A stretch of DNA of 64,000 nucleotides from IMG/VR virus record IMGVR_UViG_3300033153_007973, positions 1 to 64,000 of that record. One strand, given 5' to 3'. Position numbers and translations under genes: made by a program. Below, piece by piece: positions 9,351 through 18,016 of the stretch (position 1 is its first letter; each line of letters opens with the position of its first letter). The stretch is from a virus. Under the pieces are notes generated by a model, which saw nothing but the letters and a program-made list of their open reading frames with translations, had not been told where the DNA came from and did not search any database.

Positions 9351-10493
9351 TTATTCGTAATCACGAATTATGCCGACTGGAAACTGAGGAACTGCCTTGC
9401 CATTTCCATCGGTACTACTAGTAATTGTCTGGTATCGTACCGTTAGTTGTTTACCGAGGTATGTGCCTTCTCCAGCTTTGAGCATTTCTTGACGATAAAG
9501 AAGAGTTCCTTTTGGGCGAACATTGAATTCTGCACCATCTTTAGTCTTACATTTAAACATAATACAGGTATAATGAATTCCATTTATGTCTTGAGTCTCA
9601 GACTCTACGCCTATGATTTTATATTCTTTCTCTTCCATATCTTTTTTCTTGAGTAAATCATTGCTTCTGTGACCATAAAGGTATTCAGATGCAGCATTAC
9701 GGATGATCGTGCCTTCGAAGCCTTCTTTGATGAAGTCTTTATGGAATTTCTCCATATCGGCTTCAGTTTTACATGGTTCAGTAGCCACGGCTCTGAGGGG
9801 ATTCTTCACCGCTCCTTGCCAACTACTTTTGCTACCCCATCTGTGTTCAAACCTACCTGTATCTGGAGTTGCATCATCGAATATCCAGTATTCGAGTGTT
9901 TGGGTATCTTCGCGAGCTTTCTTGGTTGCTGAGGCAATTCTCTGAAGGCTCCATCCATGATAATAGAGCTCACCATCTAGAGTTTGTCCGGGTCTCATGA
10001 TTTCTTTCAGGCGTTCTATGAGCTTCTTATTCTCTTTCATAACGGCATAGTAGTCCTTACCGTTACGACTGGTCATAGTCAAGCTACCATCATCATTCAT
10101 GGTGGTCATGCAGCGAACGCCATCAAGCTTTGGTTGGACATATGCTGGCCATGTTATATGTTTCTTGCGTTCTTTGTACTTATGTGCTAACATTGGGCGT
10201 GTGGAGATATGCTTTTCGGCGTCCTTCATAGATTCTGTATACTCTTTGCGTTCCTTCTTGTGTGTCCAAGATGCTTCTGCTTCAAGATATGCTTGCTCGA
10301 GGGGTGTAGTGGCGTTTGACTTACCAATATTCTTTCCCTCTGTAATGGTTTTGCTACGTTCGATCATCTTACCATCGACTTTGCCATTATTGGTAACAAT
10401 AATTGCATACTTACCGACACTTGCCACGCGGATGGACCATTGCTTGATTCCTCCATCCTTGGACTTTGCATAGAGTATTGGAAACTTAGTCAT
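9351..10493 (-). CDS. ATP-dependent DNA ligase
   Basis: Nucleotidyltransferase motifs I KLDGVR, III LDGELYY, IV EGTIIR, V LLKKKD. Confidence 0.85.
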   Translation of the reverse strand: MTKFPILYAKSKDGGIKQWSIRVASVGKYAIIVTNNGKVDGKMIERSKTITEGKNIGKSNATTPLEQAYLEAEASWTHKKERKEYTESMKDAEKHISTRPMLAHKYKERKKHITWPAYVQPKLDGVRCMTTMNDDGSLTMTSRNGKDYYAVMKENKKLIERLKEIMRPGQTLDGELYYHGWSLQRIASATKKAREDTQTLEYWIFDDATPDTGRFEHRWGSKSSWQGAVKNPLRAVATEPCKTEADMEKFHKDFIKEGFEGTIIRNAASEYLYGHRSNDLLKKKDMEEKEYKIIGVESETQDINGIHYTCIMFKCKTKDGAEFNVRPKGTLLYRQEMLKAGEGTYLGKQLTVRYQTITSSTDGNGKAVPQFPVGIIRDYE

Positions 10494-10896
10494 AGTAATT
10501 ATCCTCTTCTTTTGTGGTCTCTTCCACGATAGTTTTCTGTCCTTTTCTTTCGTGAGATCTTAGCGTATTCGTAATATGTGCACCGAGAGTTGCATATCGT
10601 TCATTGGTTGAGCATGCGAGAATCCAGCCATCATCCATGGAGAAGATCTTGCTTTCGATCTCCATTGACTCCTTGTTTACGTAGGAAATCTTGTAAGATA
10701 CCTGATCATCTTCTGTATGGTAGAATCGCTTCTCTTCACCAGGTGATCTTGCTGCGTTGGTAAAGCACCAGTTGGCTTTTCCGACTGGTCCTTTTCCATA
10801 TTCTATCTTGTGGTTATCTCCGCACGTGAGACAGCCAATGAGAAAGATTCCGCATAGGAAACCGATGAGTCCGCCAGCCCAGAATTCTCCGTCCAT
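10486..10896 (-). CDS. hypothetical membrane protein
   Basis: N-terminal hydrophobic segment GLIGFLCGIFLIGCL; track ORF. Confidence 0.4.
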   Translation of the reverse strand: MDGEFWAGGLIGFLCGIFLIGCLTCGDNHKIEYGKGPVGKANWCFTNAARSPGEEKRFYHTEDDQVSYKISYVNKESMEIESKIFSMDDGWILACSTNERYATLGAHITNTLRSHERKGQKTIVEETTKEEDNYYD

Positions 10897-11486
10897 TATT
10901 TCTTCTCCTTCTTTGTTATAACCTCATCGACGAGGCCATACTTGACTGCTTCCTCGGCAGTCATGTAATTATTTCTCTCAGTATCGATGGTGATCTTCTC
11001 GATTTTATGACCTGTATGATATGCCAGAATTTCGTCGAGCTTTCTCCTGGTCTTTTTCATCTCCTCGGCTTCGATCATGACATCTGTTTCCTGTCCGGAT
11101 GCGCCGCCAGCCACCTGGTGAATCATTACTTTTGCATTGGGTAGGATCTTACGTTTACCCTTAGCGCCCGCGGTCAGGAGAAGTGACCCCATAGAAGCAG
11201 CCATACCGATGCAGAGAGTACATACATCTGCCTCGATATATTGCATAGTATCATAAATGGCTAATCCCTCGGAGACAATACCACCCGGTGAATTGATATA
11301 GAAGAAGATATCTTTCTTGGGATCCTCAGCTTCAAGGAACAGAAGCTGCGCTGTGATCAATGCAGAGGAAACAGATTCAACTGCCCCATGAAGCATGACT
11401 ACTCGTTCTTTAAGCAGTCTGGAGAAGATATCATAGGATCGTTCACCTCTGCTGGTCTGTTCGATTACGACTGGTACGAGGTTCAT
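10896..11486 (-). CDS. clpP: ATP-dependent Clp protease proteolytic subunit ClpP
   Basis: 196 aa. Contains [11 protein letters not shown] (active-site Ser), MIHQ (His) and the canonical ClpP layout. Confidence 0.9.
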   Translation of the reverse strand: MNLVPVVIEQTSRGERSYDIFSRLLKERVVMLHGAVESVSSALITAQLLFLEAEDPKKDIFFYINSPGGIVSEGLAIYDTMQYIEADVCTLCIGMAASMGSLLLTAGAKGKRKILPNAKVMIHQVAGGASGQETDVMIEAEEMKKTRRKLDEILAYHTGHKIEKITIDTERNNYMTAEEAVKYGLVDEVITKKEKK

Positions 11487-11707
11487 GTAGTCTCCTTTAA
11501 GTCTGTACTGCCGATACCAGGGACTTCGCTCATGATTTCCCCGATCTTCTCAGCTTCTTTATTGTTATTATATATGTTGCTTCGTGATAGGGTATAGTTT
11601 TTGTAGGACATACAATCTTTCGAGTATGCCTTGTCAGTTCCTGCACGGTTTTCATGTCCAAGTTTACGGTATCGACCGCATGCTGGGCATCTTATGTGTT
11701 TAATCAT
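11483..11707 (-). CDS. small zinc-ribbon-like protein
   Basis: [13 protein letters not shown]; track ORF immediately upstream of clpP. Confidence 0.35.
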   Translation of the reverse strand: MIKHIRCPACGRYRKLGHENRAGTDKAYSKDCMSYKNYTLSRSNIYNNNKEAEKIGEIMSEVPGIGSTDLKETT

Positions 11708-12101
11708 CGTTGACTCTCCTATATCCGTTAGTTACATTTGAGTATGACCATGATACTCTACCATTTGGCCATTGTATAAGGCAATGGTGTGGCATTACAA
11801 GAGTAATGTCTTGACCATCACTGTTCCTATAGTAAGTATTTGTTCCTTCTCCAATCCAGATCTTAACTCTAATCGGGTCTTTTGGCGGAATGATAATATA
11901 CTCAATGCTATTGTGCTGATTTTCCTTGAAGAGCTGTTCTGCACTCTTCCAGTATGGTTTGGGTCCTTCTGCTGATTTTTGTTGTGTGATAGGTCCACAG
12001 GATAGAACTAGAACGAGCACCACTATTATATATTTCATTTTAGTTATAAGGATGGAATGGCAGCTGTTCTTTAAAGTCATTGTATCTAACTCTGCTGACA
12101 A
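11700..12101 (-). CDS. putative secreted protein or lipoprotein
   Basis: Internal start MKYIIVVLVLVLSCG looks like a signal peptide with a lipobox-like LSC. Confidence 0.4.
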   Translation of the reverse strand: MSAELDTMTLKNSCHSILITKMKYIIVVLVLVLSCGPITQQKSAEGPKPYWKSAEQLFKENQHNSIEYIIIPPKDPIRVKIWIGEGTNTYYRNSDGQDITLVMPHHCLIQWPNGRVSWSYSNVTNGYRRVNDD

Positions 12102-12774
12102 TCGTTCCTATTTGTTCTTCTGTTACTCGAGTATTACGAGATAATGGTTGACTATCGTATACATATTTGAGAATGGCATCCATCTCAGCATAAGTCATTC
12201 CGATGTCACCTTCATCTGTCTGATCCTTCCATAGTTCAGCAGTTGCTGGTCTATCGATAATCTCTTCAGGTACTTTGAGAATTTTCGCCATCTCATATAC
12301 GTCTGTTTTGTAGACATTCCAGAGAGGAGCAATATCTTCTGCACCATCACCATGAAGAGTATAGTATCCTAGCATTCTCTCGGTCTTATTGCTTGTACCG
12401 AGTACGATTGATTGATGGGCTTTAGCCTGATCATATAGACAAATCATGCGCACTCTGGCCATGATGTTGCCTTTACGTATTAAACTGAGATCTGTATTAA
12501 GGTCTGCACATGCATTTACTGCATGTGAGATAGGTATGGTCATGTGATTTACATGCATCTGTTCTGCGAGGCGACCTGCAATAGTGGTTGATGATGTACG
12601 AGTATACGGTAAGCTGTATGTTCGTACACAGTCATATCCTATGGCCTTCACTGCCAACATAAGACAGACCGCTGAGTCCAAGCCTCCGGAGAGACCCAGA
12701 ACCACTCCTTGCATGTCTCCTACTTTTTCTACGATAAACTTTGTGAGTTCATCTATCTTATATTCTATATTCAT
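12040..12774 (-). CDS. nadE: NH3-dependent NAD+ synthetase NadE
   Basis: VVLGLSGGLDSAV PP-loop (SGGxDS). Start trimmed to MNIEYK (ATG at 12774, SD GGGAGGA) because the longer track ORF overlaps tRNA-Gln. Confidence 0.8.
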   Translation of the reverse strand: MNIEYKIDELTKFIVEKVGDMQGVVLGLSGGLDSAVCLMLAVKAIGYDCVRTYSLPYTRTSSTTIAGRLAEQMHVNHMTIPISHAVNACADLNTDLSLIRKGNIMARVRMICLYDQAKAHQSIVLGTSNKTERMLGYYTLHGDGAEDIAPLWNVYKTDVYEMAKILKVPEEIIDRPATAELWKDQTDEGDIGMTYAEMDAILKYVYDSQPLSRNTRVTEEQIGTIVSRVRYNDFKEQLPFHPYN

Positions 12775-12794
12775 CTCATATCCTCCCAGATATG

Positions 12795-12866
12795 CAGCCG
12801 GTGTTGGAATCGAACCAAACGTTCTCAGGATCAAAACCTGATGTCCTACCATTGAACGAACCGGCT
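12795..12866 (-). tRNA. tRNA-Gln (TTG)
   Basis: Acceptor AGCCGGT/ACCGGCT perfect; anticodon stem TCAGG/CCTGA with loop TTTTGAT; T-loop TTCGATT. Confidence 0.6.
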
Positions 12867-12868
12867 AT

Positions 12869-14023
12869 TTATGCTCCTGCCTTGAAATTATAGATAGGCT
12901 TAACAAACTTCTTGACCTCGACGGTGTCCTCCATTGCCTTGATAATCATATCTTTATCTTTGTATGCGCCTGGAGCTTCATCGAGAGTGTTCTTTGTTGC
13001 TGATGTTGTAAATACGCCGGCATCCTTCATGCCTGCCTGCATGTCTTCTAGGGAGAGCTGTTCCTTAGCTCTCTTCCTGGAGAGGACTCGGCCGGCACCA
13101 TGTGGTGCTGAGAAGTTCCAGTCCTTATTACCTTTGCCCTTACCAAGAATTAAGCCATCCTTCATATTAAATGGAATGACTACTTCTAGATCCTTAGATG
13201 CATTAATAGCACCCTTGCGGATGATACCAGCATGTGTATCTATATAGTTATGTACTGAATGAATCTGATGTCGTGGTTCGAGACTACACCCCTTTTGCAG
13301 ATGTTCCAGAATCTTCTTAGTTAGTAGTTCTCGATTGATTTGTGCGAAGGTTGTAGCAACTCGCATGTCTTCTAGATACTCTTTAGATCCAAATTCCTCT
13401 GTGAGGAACTCGAGACGGTGATATGCAGCACCAATGAACATCTTCTTCATTGCTTCTTTGGCTTTGTTCTGGTGGTGCATGCAGATATCATTACCAAACT
13501 TTCTGGATCCTGAGTGTATCGTGAGCCATTTCTGATCTTCCTCATCGATGCCTATCTCAATGAAGTGGTTCCCACCACCTAGGCTACCCATTGCATGGAG
13601 GTTTCTGTTAGTGTCTGTCTTCATGCGAGTACCAACTTCTGTGATTCTCTCCATGAGAGGGCCTAAGATGCCTCTGGGATTTGGTGTCTTAGCGTTTACA
13701 CTGAAACCGCTTGCGATGCTATTATGAATAAAGTTGTCAAGCTTCTCGAGGTTGATATCGTCATCATTTAGTTTCGTGGAGAGCACGCCACATCCGATAT
13801 CTACACCCACAATGCAAGGAATGACATATTCATTCGTGGTCATAGTGAATCCAATACAGCTACCCATACCAGCATGACAATCAGGCATAATTACGATATT
13901 GGACTTTGCAAATGCAGGATGGTTAAGGAAGCCATAAATCTGAGTAGTGACAGATTCTTCCAGATGAGATTCATCTGGAAGCATGATCTTAGCTACGTTG
14001 TGCTTTGCTTTGATTACGAACAT
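12869..14023 (-). CDS. rtcB: RtcB-family RNA 3-prime-phosphate/5-prime-OH ligase
   Basis: MPDCHAGMGSCIG metal-binding motif and SAPHGAGR (the GMP-histidine motif HGAGR); size and layout match RtcB. Confidence 0.8.
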   Translation of the reverse strand: MFVIKAKHNVAKIMLPDESHLEESVTTQIYGFLNHPAFAKSNIVIMPDCHAGMGSCIGFTMTTNEYVIPCIVGVDIGCGVLSTKLNDDDINLEKLDNFIHNSIASGFSVNAKTPNPRGILGPLMERITEVGTRMKTDTNRNLHAMGSLGGGNHFIEIGIDEEDQKWLTIHSGSRKFGNDICMHHQNKAKEAMKKMFIGAAYHRLEFLTEEFGSKEYLEDMRVATTFAQINRELLTKKILEHLQKGCSLEPRHQIHSVHNYIDTHAGIIRKGAINASKDLEVVIPFNMKDGLILGKGKGNKDWNFSAPHGAGRVLSRKRAKEQLSLEDMQAGMKDAGVFTTSATKNTLDEAPGAYKDKDMIIKAMEDTVEVKKFVKPIYNFKAGA

Positions 14024-14580
14024 TGTTCTTCCTCCTTCTCCTTCTTGGCTTTGTCTATTTCCAACATACGATGGTACATTACATATACCATAGGATCGAC
14101 AGCTTCATCAATATTATCAGTCCAGTAACAGTGTGCTTTCTTTTCCAGCTCCGAACCATCACCCTCGCCTTTACCAGTGCGTTTAACTTCGGATAGGTCT
14201 ACAGTGAATAGGTGATATACTGTGTCACATGATTTCGTTCCGCGGCAAGTGCCTAAAGACACGAGTTTATCTACGTGAATAGCATATCCTGCTTCTTCCC
14301 ATAACTCTTTGGTAGCCAAAGCAGAGTGGAGAAGCTGGGGTTCCATTCCTCCTGTTAGAGAACTGATCTCTTGTTTCATCGACCAGCAAGGTGTGACTTC
14401 CTTCCGTAGGAGAAATTGGACACCATCTTCTGCATCCTCAGAATATCGGTATGGTAGAATGGCTATAATCTCACCATTACAGCGTTTCTCATGAGAGAAT
14501 ACGTATCCCTTGATGCCCTTTGCAGGGTCAACAGCTCTCTTCAGGGATACCCATTCGTTTTCGTATAGTGTTTCTATCAT
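14014..14580 (-). CDS. Nudix hydrolase
   Basis: LTGGMEPQ...ATKELWEEAGY fits the Nudix box GX5EX7REUXEEXGU with R replaced by K. Confidence 0.65.
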   Translation of the reverse strand: MIETLYENEWVSLKRAVDPAKGIKGYVFSHEKRCNGEIIAILPYRYSEDAEDGVQFLLRKEVTPCWSMKQEISSLTGGMEPQLLHSALATKELWEEAGYAIHVDKLVSLGTCRGTKSCDTVYHLFTVDLSEVKRTGKGEGDGSELEKKAHCYWTDNIDEAVDPMVYVMYHRMLEIDKAKKEKEEEQCS

Positions 14581-14594
14581 TTTTATCTCCTTTA

Positions 14595-14668
14595 TTGACC
14601 CGGCGAGATTCGAACTCGCGACATTCAGATTAGGAATCTGATACTCTATCCAGCTGAGCTACGAGTCA
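14595..14668 (-). tRNA. tRNA-Arg (CCT)
   Basis: Acceptor TGACTCG/CGGGTCA (one G-U pair); D-arm GCTC/GAGT; anticodon loop TTCCTAA; T-arm GCGAG-TTCGAAT-CTCGC. Confidence 0.7.
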
Positions 14669-14671
14669 GTA

Positions 14672-14953
14672 TTATCTACGTGCTGAAGGCATAATGCTGA
14701 GATCAGCTGCGACAACTGCAAAGTCTCTGCGATTGATACCATGTTGTTCCCATTTGTAATCGTTATCTAACTCAGTTATGGCACGATTCATCTGACGAAA
14801 CGTAAGTATCTTGTCTTCTTCAGTTGCAGATACCGAGATCTTTTGTCTGTTGCGGCAAATGAATTCACCGCGATCATTCATAAAGACATAGACTCTCATT
14901 GCTGGCCATCCCTTCTTCCGTGAATAATATGGCTGATATATGATGTTGTGCAT
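14672..14953 (-). CDS. hypothetical protein
   Basis: 93-aa track ORF. Confidence 0.3.
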   Translation of the reverse strand: MHNIIYQPYYSRKKGWPAMRVYVFMNDRGEFICRNRQKISVSATEEDKILTFRQMNRAITELDNDYKWEQHGINRRDFAVVAADLSIMPSARR

Positions 14954-15435
14954 TTGTATTTGCGTGCAATTTCTTGTCCTTCAATGCCTGCTCTCCAGAG
15001 ACGTTTTACTTCTCGTCTCATTTTCTTGCGAGACTTTCTTCTGGCAGCATTGATTTTACGTACACGGGTTTTCTTATCGACAGCTGTCTTGATTCGATCA
15101 GCTACATCATTACTATGATTTCTAGATGCATCAATTACTGCAAGCATTTGTTTAATGTCTCTTTGTCTGTGTATTCCCATATAAGGGTATAGCTTAGCTA
15201 AGAGATTCTCAATTTCGTATCGCTTATGAAGACCCCACATATATGCTGTACCATGTACGCGAGGGCGGTTCTTAATTGGATGTACTGTACCGCCGGCGAT
15301 TCCCTTTATCTTGTACATGATATCTCGTTTGTATGATGTGGTGCGGAGTTGAGTAATATTACTATATTTCTGTATGATAAAGGATCCTCGACTCTCAAAG
15401 AACCCAGCTAACCATTTTAAATCACCTATCTTCAT
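14896..15435 (-). CDS. LAGLIDADG-family homing endonuclease
   Basis: KWLAGFFESRGSF is a LAGLIDADG-type motif; it sits inside the tRNA cluster. Confidence 0.55.
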   Translation of the reverse strand: MKIGDLKWLAGFFESRGSFIIQKYSNITQLRTTSYKRDIMYKIKGIAGGTVHPIKNRPRVHGTAYMWGLHKRYEIENLLAKLYPYMGIHRQRDIKQMLAVIDASRNHSNDVADRIKTAVDKKTRVRKINAARRKSRKKMRREVKRLWRAGIEGQEIARKYKCTTSYISHIIHGRRDGQQ

Positions 15436-15665
15436 CTTTTCTTCCTCTCTTTTTGGACTAGGAAAAACATAGACCAGCTACCAAATTGTATGCCATTTGA
15501 CATCGATGAGTGAACGTATATGTCTGGTTTGTTCTTATCGCTGCAAGCTTCATACTTACCAATGTTAAAGAGATCTCCTGATTGCTTAATGTCTTTCGGT
15601 CTTGCTGGACGATACTCGGTCATATTTGGCTCTATGATATTATAGCGTGTATTCTTGTGCTTCAT
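15432..15665 (-). CDS. hypothetical protein
   Basis: 77-aa track ORF. Confidence 0.3.
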   Translation of the reverse strand: MKHKNTRYNIIEPNMTEYRPARPKDIKQSGDLFNIGKYEACSDKNKPDIYVHSSMSNGIQFGSWSMFFLVQKERKKR

Positions 15666-15718
15666 TTGTTTCTCCTCCCAGAGATCTGGCGTGACAGGAA
15701 TCGAACGTGTTAGTAATA

Positions 15719-16351
15719 TTATGCGTTTGCCTCTATTTCTTCCTGGATTTCTTCTTTCCTGATTTCATCTAGAAGATCATCTAGGAGAATAGCTTTCTTA
15801 TATGTCATCTCGTACCCGAGAATCTTCGGTTGCTTGGCTGTCCACTCGTCCAGTAGCTTCTGAAGTTCATTCATATCGAGGCTGTCTCTTGCATCTTCAT
15901 GGAAGTTCTCGAGTATGTGATACATTACATCGTCAGCATCAGGAGTCGGTGTGGGACATGAGTTACATGCCCACACATACTTGGGTCTGTCCTCTGGCTT
16001 TCTGTCGCACAGTTCGTCGTCGATTCCTCCATCGGTATTGACGTATCCGTCATTGGAGAAGTCATCGTGATACACGAATTCTCCTTTGTAGTCTTTGAGC
16101 TTAATCTTCTCAGCCGCTTCGAATGCTTTGGCTTCTTTCTCGGATTCCCTCTTGTCGCTACATGCTTGACAGATCGTATAGTGCTTCCTTTTAATGATAG
16201 CACCACATGTGCAGATATTATTGCAGCACTCTTTGGCTATGTTTTGAGCATCAGGTACCTTCGAGCTCCAATGGGTACCGCACTTTCCACAGGCATACGC
16301 CAATACGCCTTGAGGGTTTGAGTCCTTCGAAACTAATTCGATTACGTTCAT
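15719..16351 (-). CDS. hypothetical Cys-rich protein
   Basis: Start trimmed to MNVIELV (ATG at 16351, SD AAGGAGA), since the longer track ORF runs into tRNA-Arg. Multiple CxxC pairs. Confidence 0.4.
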   Translation of the reverse strand: MNVIELVSKDSNPQGVLAYACGKCGTHWSSKVPDAQNIAKECCNNICTCGAIIKRKHYTICQACSDKRESEKEAKAFEAAEKIKLKDYKGEFVYHDDFSNDGYVNTDGGIDDELCDRKPEDRPKYVWACNSCPTPTPDADDVMYHILENFHEDARDSLDMNELQKLLDEWTAKQPKILGYEMTYKKAILLDDLLDEIRKEEIQEEIEANA

Positions 16352-16408
16352 CTTCGTCTCCTTGCGGGTCTGAGAGGATTCGAATCCCTCATACTCTTTT
16401 CTGTTTAT

Positions 16409-16482
16409 TATCCCTGGGAGGGGTCGAACCTCCAGTCTCTCGGTTCGTAGCCGAGCGCTCTTATCCATTGAGCCACAGGGAC
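16409..16482 (-). tRNA. tRNA-Arg (ACG)
   Basis: Acceptor GTCCCTG/CAGGGAT (G1-U72); D-arm GCTC/GAGC; anticodon stem CTCGG/CCGAG with loop CTACGAA; T-arm GGAGG-TTCGACC-CCTCC. Confidence 0.7.
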
Positions 16483-16861
16483 ATTAAAATGAGTAGCGAC
16501 CTTAGTGGGCGGGAAAGCACCGACAGGGAACAGCCTATCCCAGGTCAGGAGCTACTCTTCAGTAACCTGCAACTTCTAATATAATAACCGTTTAACGTAG
16601 TCACCAGCGGTCGCGCCAGGAATCTAGAGTTCCTGTCTAAATACTCATTTTTACCGGTCTGAGTATCCACACAACTTAAATGCTACAACGGCCTTCAACC
16701 GCGCTTTCCACGCAGTATCAGTTTCTTCTTTAAGTATGTATATTGCTATTTGTTTGTCATCTTATCTCACTATAAAGAACATTGTATACGTTACACCCAT
16801 TACGAATCCAAACATCATAAGGGCTATACGTACGTGATATTCTTGCATCTTTTCTCCTTTG

Positions 16862-16936
16862 AGCCGGAAACCGGACTCGAACCGGTAAATGATGGCTTTG
16901 CGGGCCATTGCCTTCCCATTATTTGGCGATTCCGGC
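16862..16936 (-). tRNA. tRNA-Cys (GCA), with unusual C33
   Basis: Acceptor GCCGGAA/TTCCGGC perfect; anticodon stem ATGGC/GCCAT with loop CCGCAAA; T-arm ACCGG-TTCGAGT-CCGGT. Confidence 0.5.
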
Positions 16937-16939
16937 ATG

Positions 16940-16994
16940 CGGGCCCAGAGGGATTTGAACCCCCAACACTACATGATATTATATCTTTTGGCCC
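16940..16994 (-). ncRNA. tRNA-like minihelix lacking a D-arm (about 55 nt)
   Basis: Acceptor-like GGGCCAA/TGGGCCC plus T-arm GGGGG-TTCAAAT-CCCTC, but only about 24 nt in between; abuts tRNA-Cys and overlaps the 3-prime end of the HNH ORF. Confidence 0.3.
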
Positions 16995-17451
16995 ATTTTC
17001 GTACTGCATTATCGGTTACTCCGAATTCTCTTCCGATAGTGCACCATGATTTGGTCTGTATTGCTATCTTTAGTTCTTCTCTGGAAGGTCTTTCCACCTT
17101 TCTGGATCCTACTGCGGAACATCTATATGAGCAATACTTCTTGTTCTCTGTGAGTTTTCCGCATTGCTTACATACTTGAGTTGGTACAGATTTTTCGCAG
17201 GAATATGTTCCATCATTTTCTAGCTTTGCGATTCCACCCATGTGGAATCTTGCATGTTCTCCTAGACTCCTGAATAACATGAGATTATCAATTTTGTTGT
17301 TAGTGCGATCGTTATCTCTATGATGAACAGTTTCTGATGACGTTAATGGTCGTCCAAACTTTTGTGAGATAACGTATCTATGCTCTAACATCATTCCGTT
17401 TTTACGCGTACTATTGCCTTTTGATGTTTCTTTATATTGCCATTTGCTCAT
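16969..17451 (-). CDS. HNH homing endonuclease
   Basis: VHHRDNDRTNNKIDNLMLF...HARFH HNH motif; ATG at 17451. Confidence 0.65.
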   Translation of the reverse strand: MSKWQYKETSKGNSTRKNGMMLEHRYVISQKFGRPLTSSETVHHRDNDRTNNKIDNLMLFRSLGEHARFHMGGIAKLENDGTYSCEKSVPTQVCKQCGKLTENKKYCSYRCSAVGSRKVERPSREELKIAIQTKSWCTIGREFGVTDNAVRKWAKRYNIM

Positions 17452-17491
17452 ATTCGAACCTCCATACCTATTATAGTATGCAGGTTCGAAT
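17449..17491 (-). promoter_or_regulatory. 16-bp hairpin sequestering the SD and start codon of the HNH gene
   Basis: Arms ATTCGAACCTCCATAC (17452-17467) and GTATGCAGGTTCGAAT (17476-17491), one mismatch. The minus-strand 3-prime arm contains GGAGG and ends directly at the ATG. Confidence 0.5.
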
Positions 17492-17500
17492 TTGTCAACT

Positions 17501-17571
17501 CGGGGTGACCAGGAATCGGACCCGGGTCAAGCGGGTTGGAACCGCGTATGTTGCCACTACACCATCACCCC
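17501..17571 (-). tRNA. tRNA-Trp (CCA)
   Basis: Acceptor GGGGTGA/TCACCCC perfect; anticodon loop TTCCAAC; T-arm CCGGG-TCCGATT-CCTGG (atypical C55). Confidence 0.55.
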
Positions 17572-17615
17572 ATTACATTGGAATCCGATGCTCTGCCAAT
17601 TAGAGCTATAGACCC
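17572..17615 (-). pseudogene. tRNA 5-prime-half fragment directly upstream of tRNA-Trp
   Basis: GGGTCTA-TA-GCTC-TAATTGGCA-GAGC-A-TCGGA-TTCCAAT has acceptor strand, D-arm and half an anticodon arm (CCA loop), with no matching 3-prime half. Confidence 0.3.
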
Positions 17616-17620
17616 AGCTG

Positions 17621-18016
17621 TTACTTATCTTTCTCTGCGTCACGTTTGTGTCGTCCTTCATCATCTTCCATGTTATACCACATGTTATCCAACATGTGGC
17701 CAATCATCTGGTATGTTTCGAAGGACGAGCTTGTGAGCTGTCTTATTTCTTTCTCTGTGAAATCAATTTCAGCGATTGTTCTGCCTTTAGGTCCCGGTTT
17801 TCCCACAGATATATTCTGTGTAAACTGTGAGTTTTTCCCGCGCCATCCCGATAGATAGTAACCATCGAGACCACGAATCATCATGTAGTCGGCCTTTACT
17901 GTAGCCCATGGACGTACAATGAAGGATAGTACTACTACTAATAAGCAAATGAATAGCGTATTCCCGAACCACTTTAGCATTATTCCTCCCTTATGACAGC
18001 TTCGTGGTTGCAGCAT
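17621..18016 (-). CDS. hypothetical membrane protein
   Basis: TM segment LFICLLVVVLSFIV; track ORF. Confidence 0.4.
   Translation of the reverse strand: MLQPRSCHKGGIMLKWFGNTLFICLLVVVLSFIVRPWATVKADYMMIRGLDGYYLSGWRGKNSQFTQNISVGKPGPKGRTIAEIDFTEKEIRQLTSSSFETYQMIGHMLDNMWYNMEDDEGRHKRDAEKDK

Noticed and set aside
15666-15705. T-arm-like GGAATCGAAC segment that could be a tRNA remnant
   Set aside because: The flanking bases do not form a 5-bp T-stem (ACAGG against CGTGT) and no acceptor partner exists. It is too weak to call even as a pseudogene.
16371-16395. GAGGATTCGAATCCCTC resembling a tRNA T-arm
   Set aside because: It is a perfect GGATTC/GAATCC palindrome between a gene start and tRNA-Arg. 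It reads as a simple hairpin, not part of a cloverleaf, since the acceptor and D/anticodon arms are absent.
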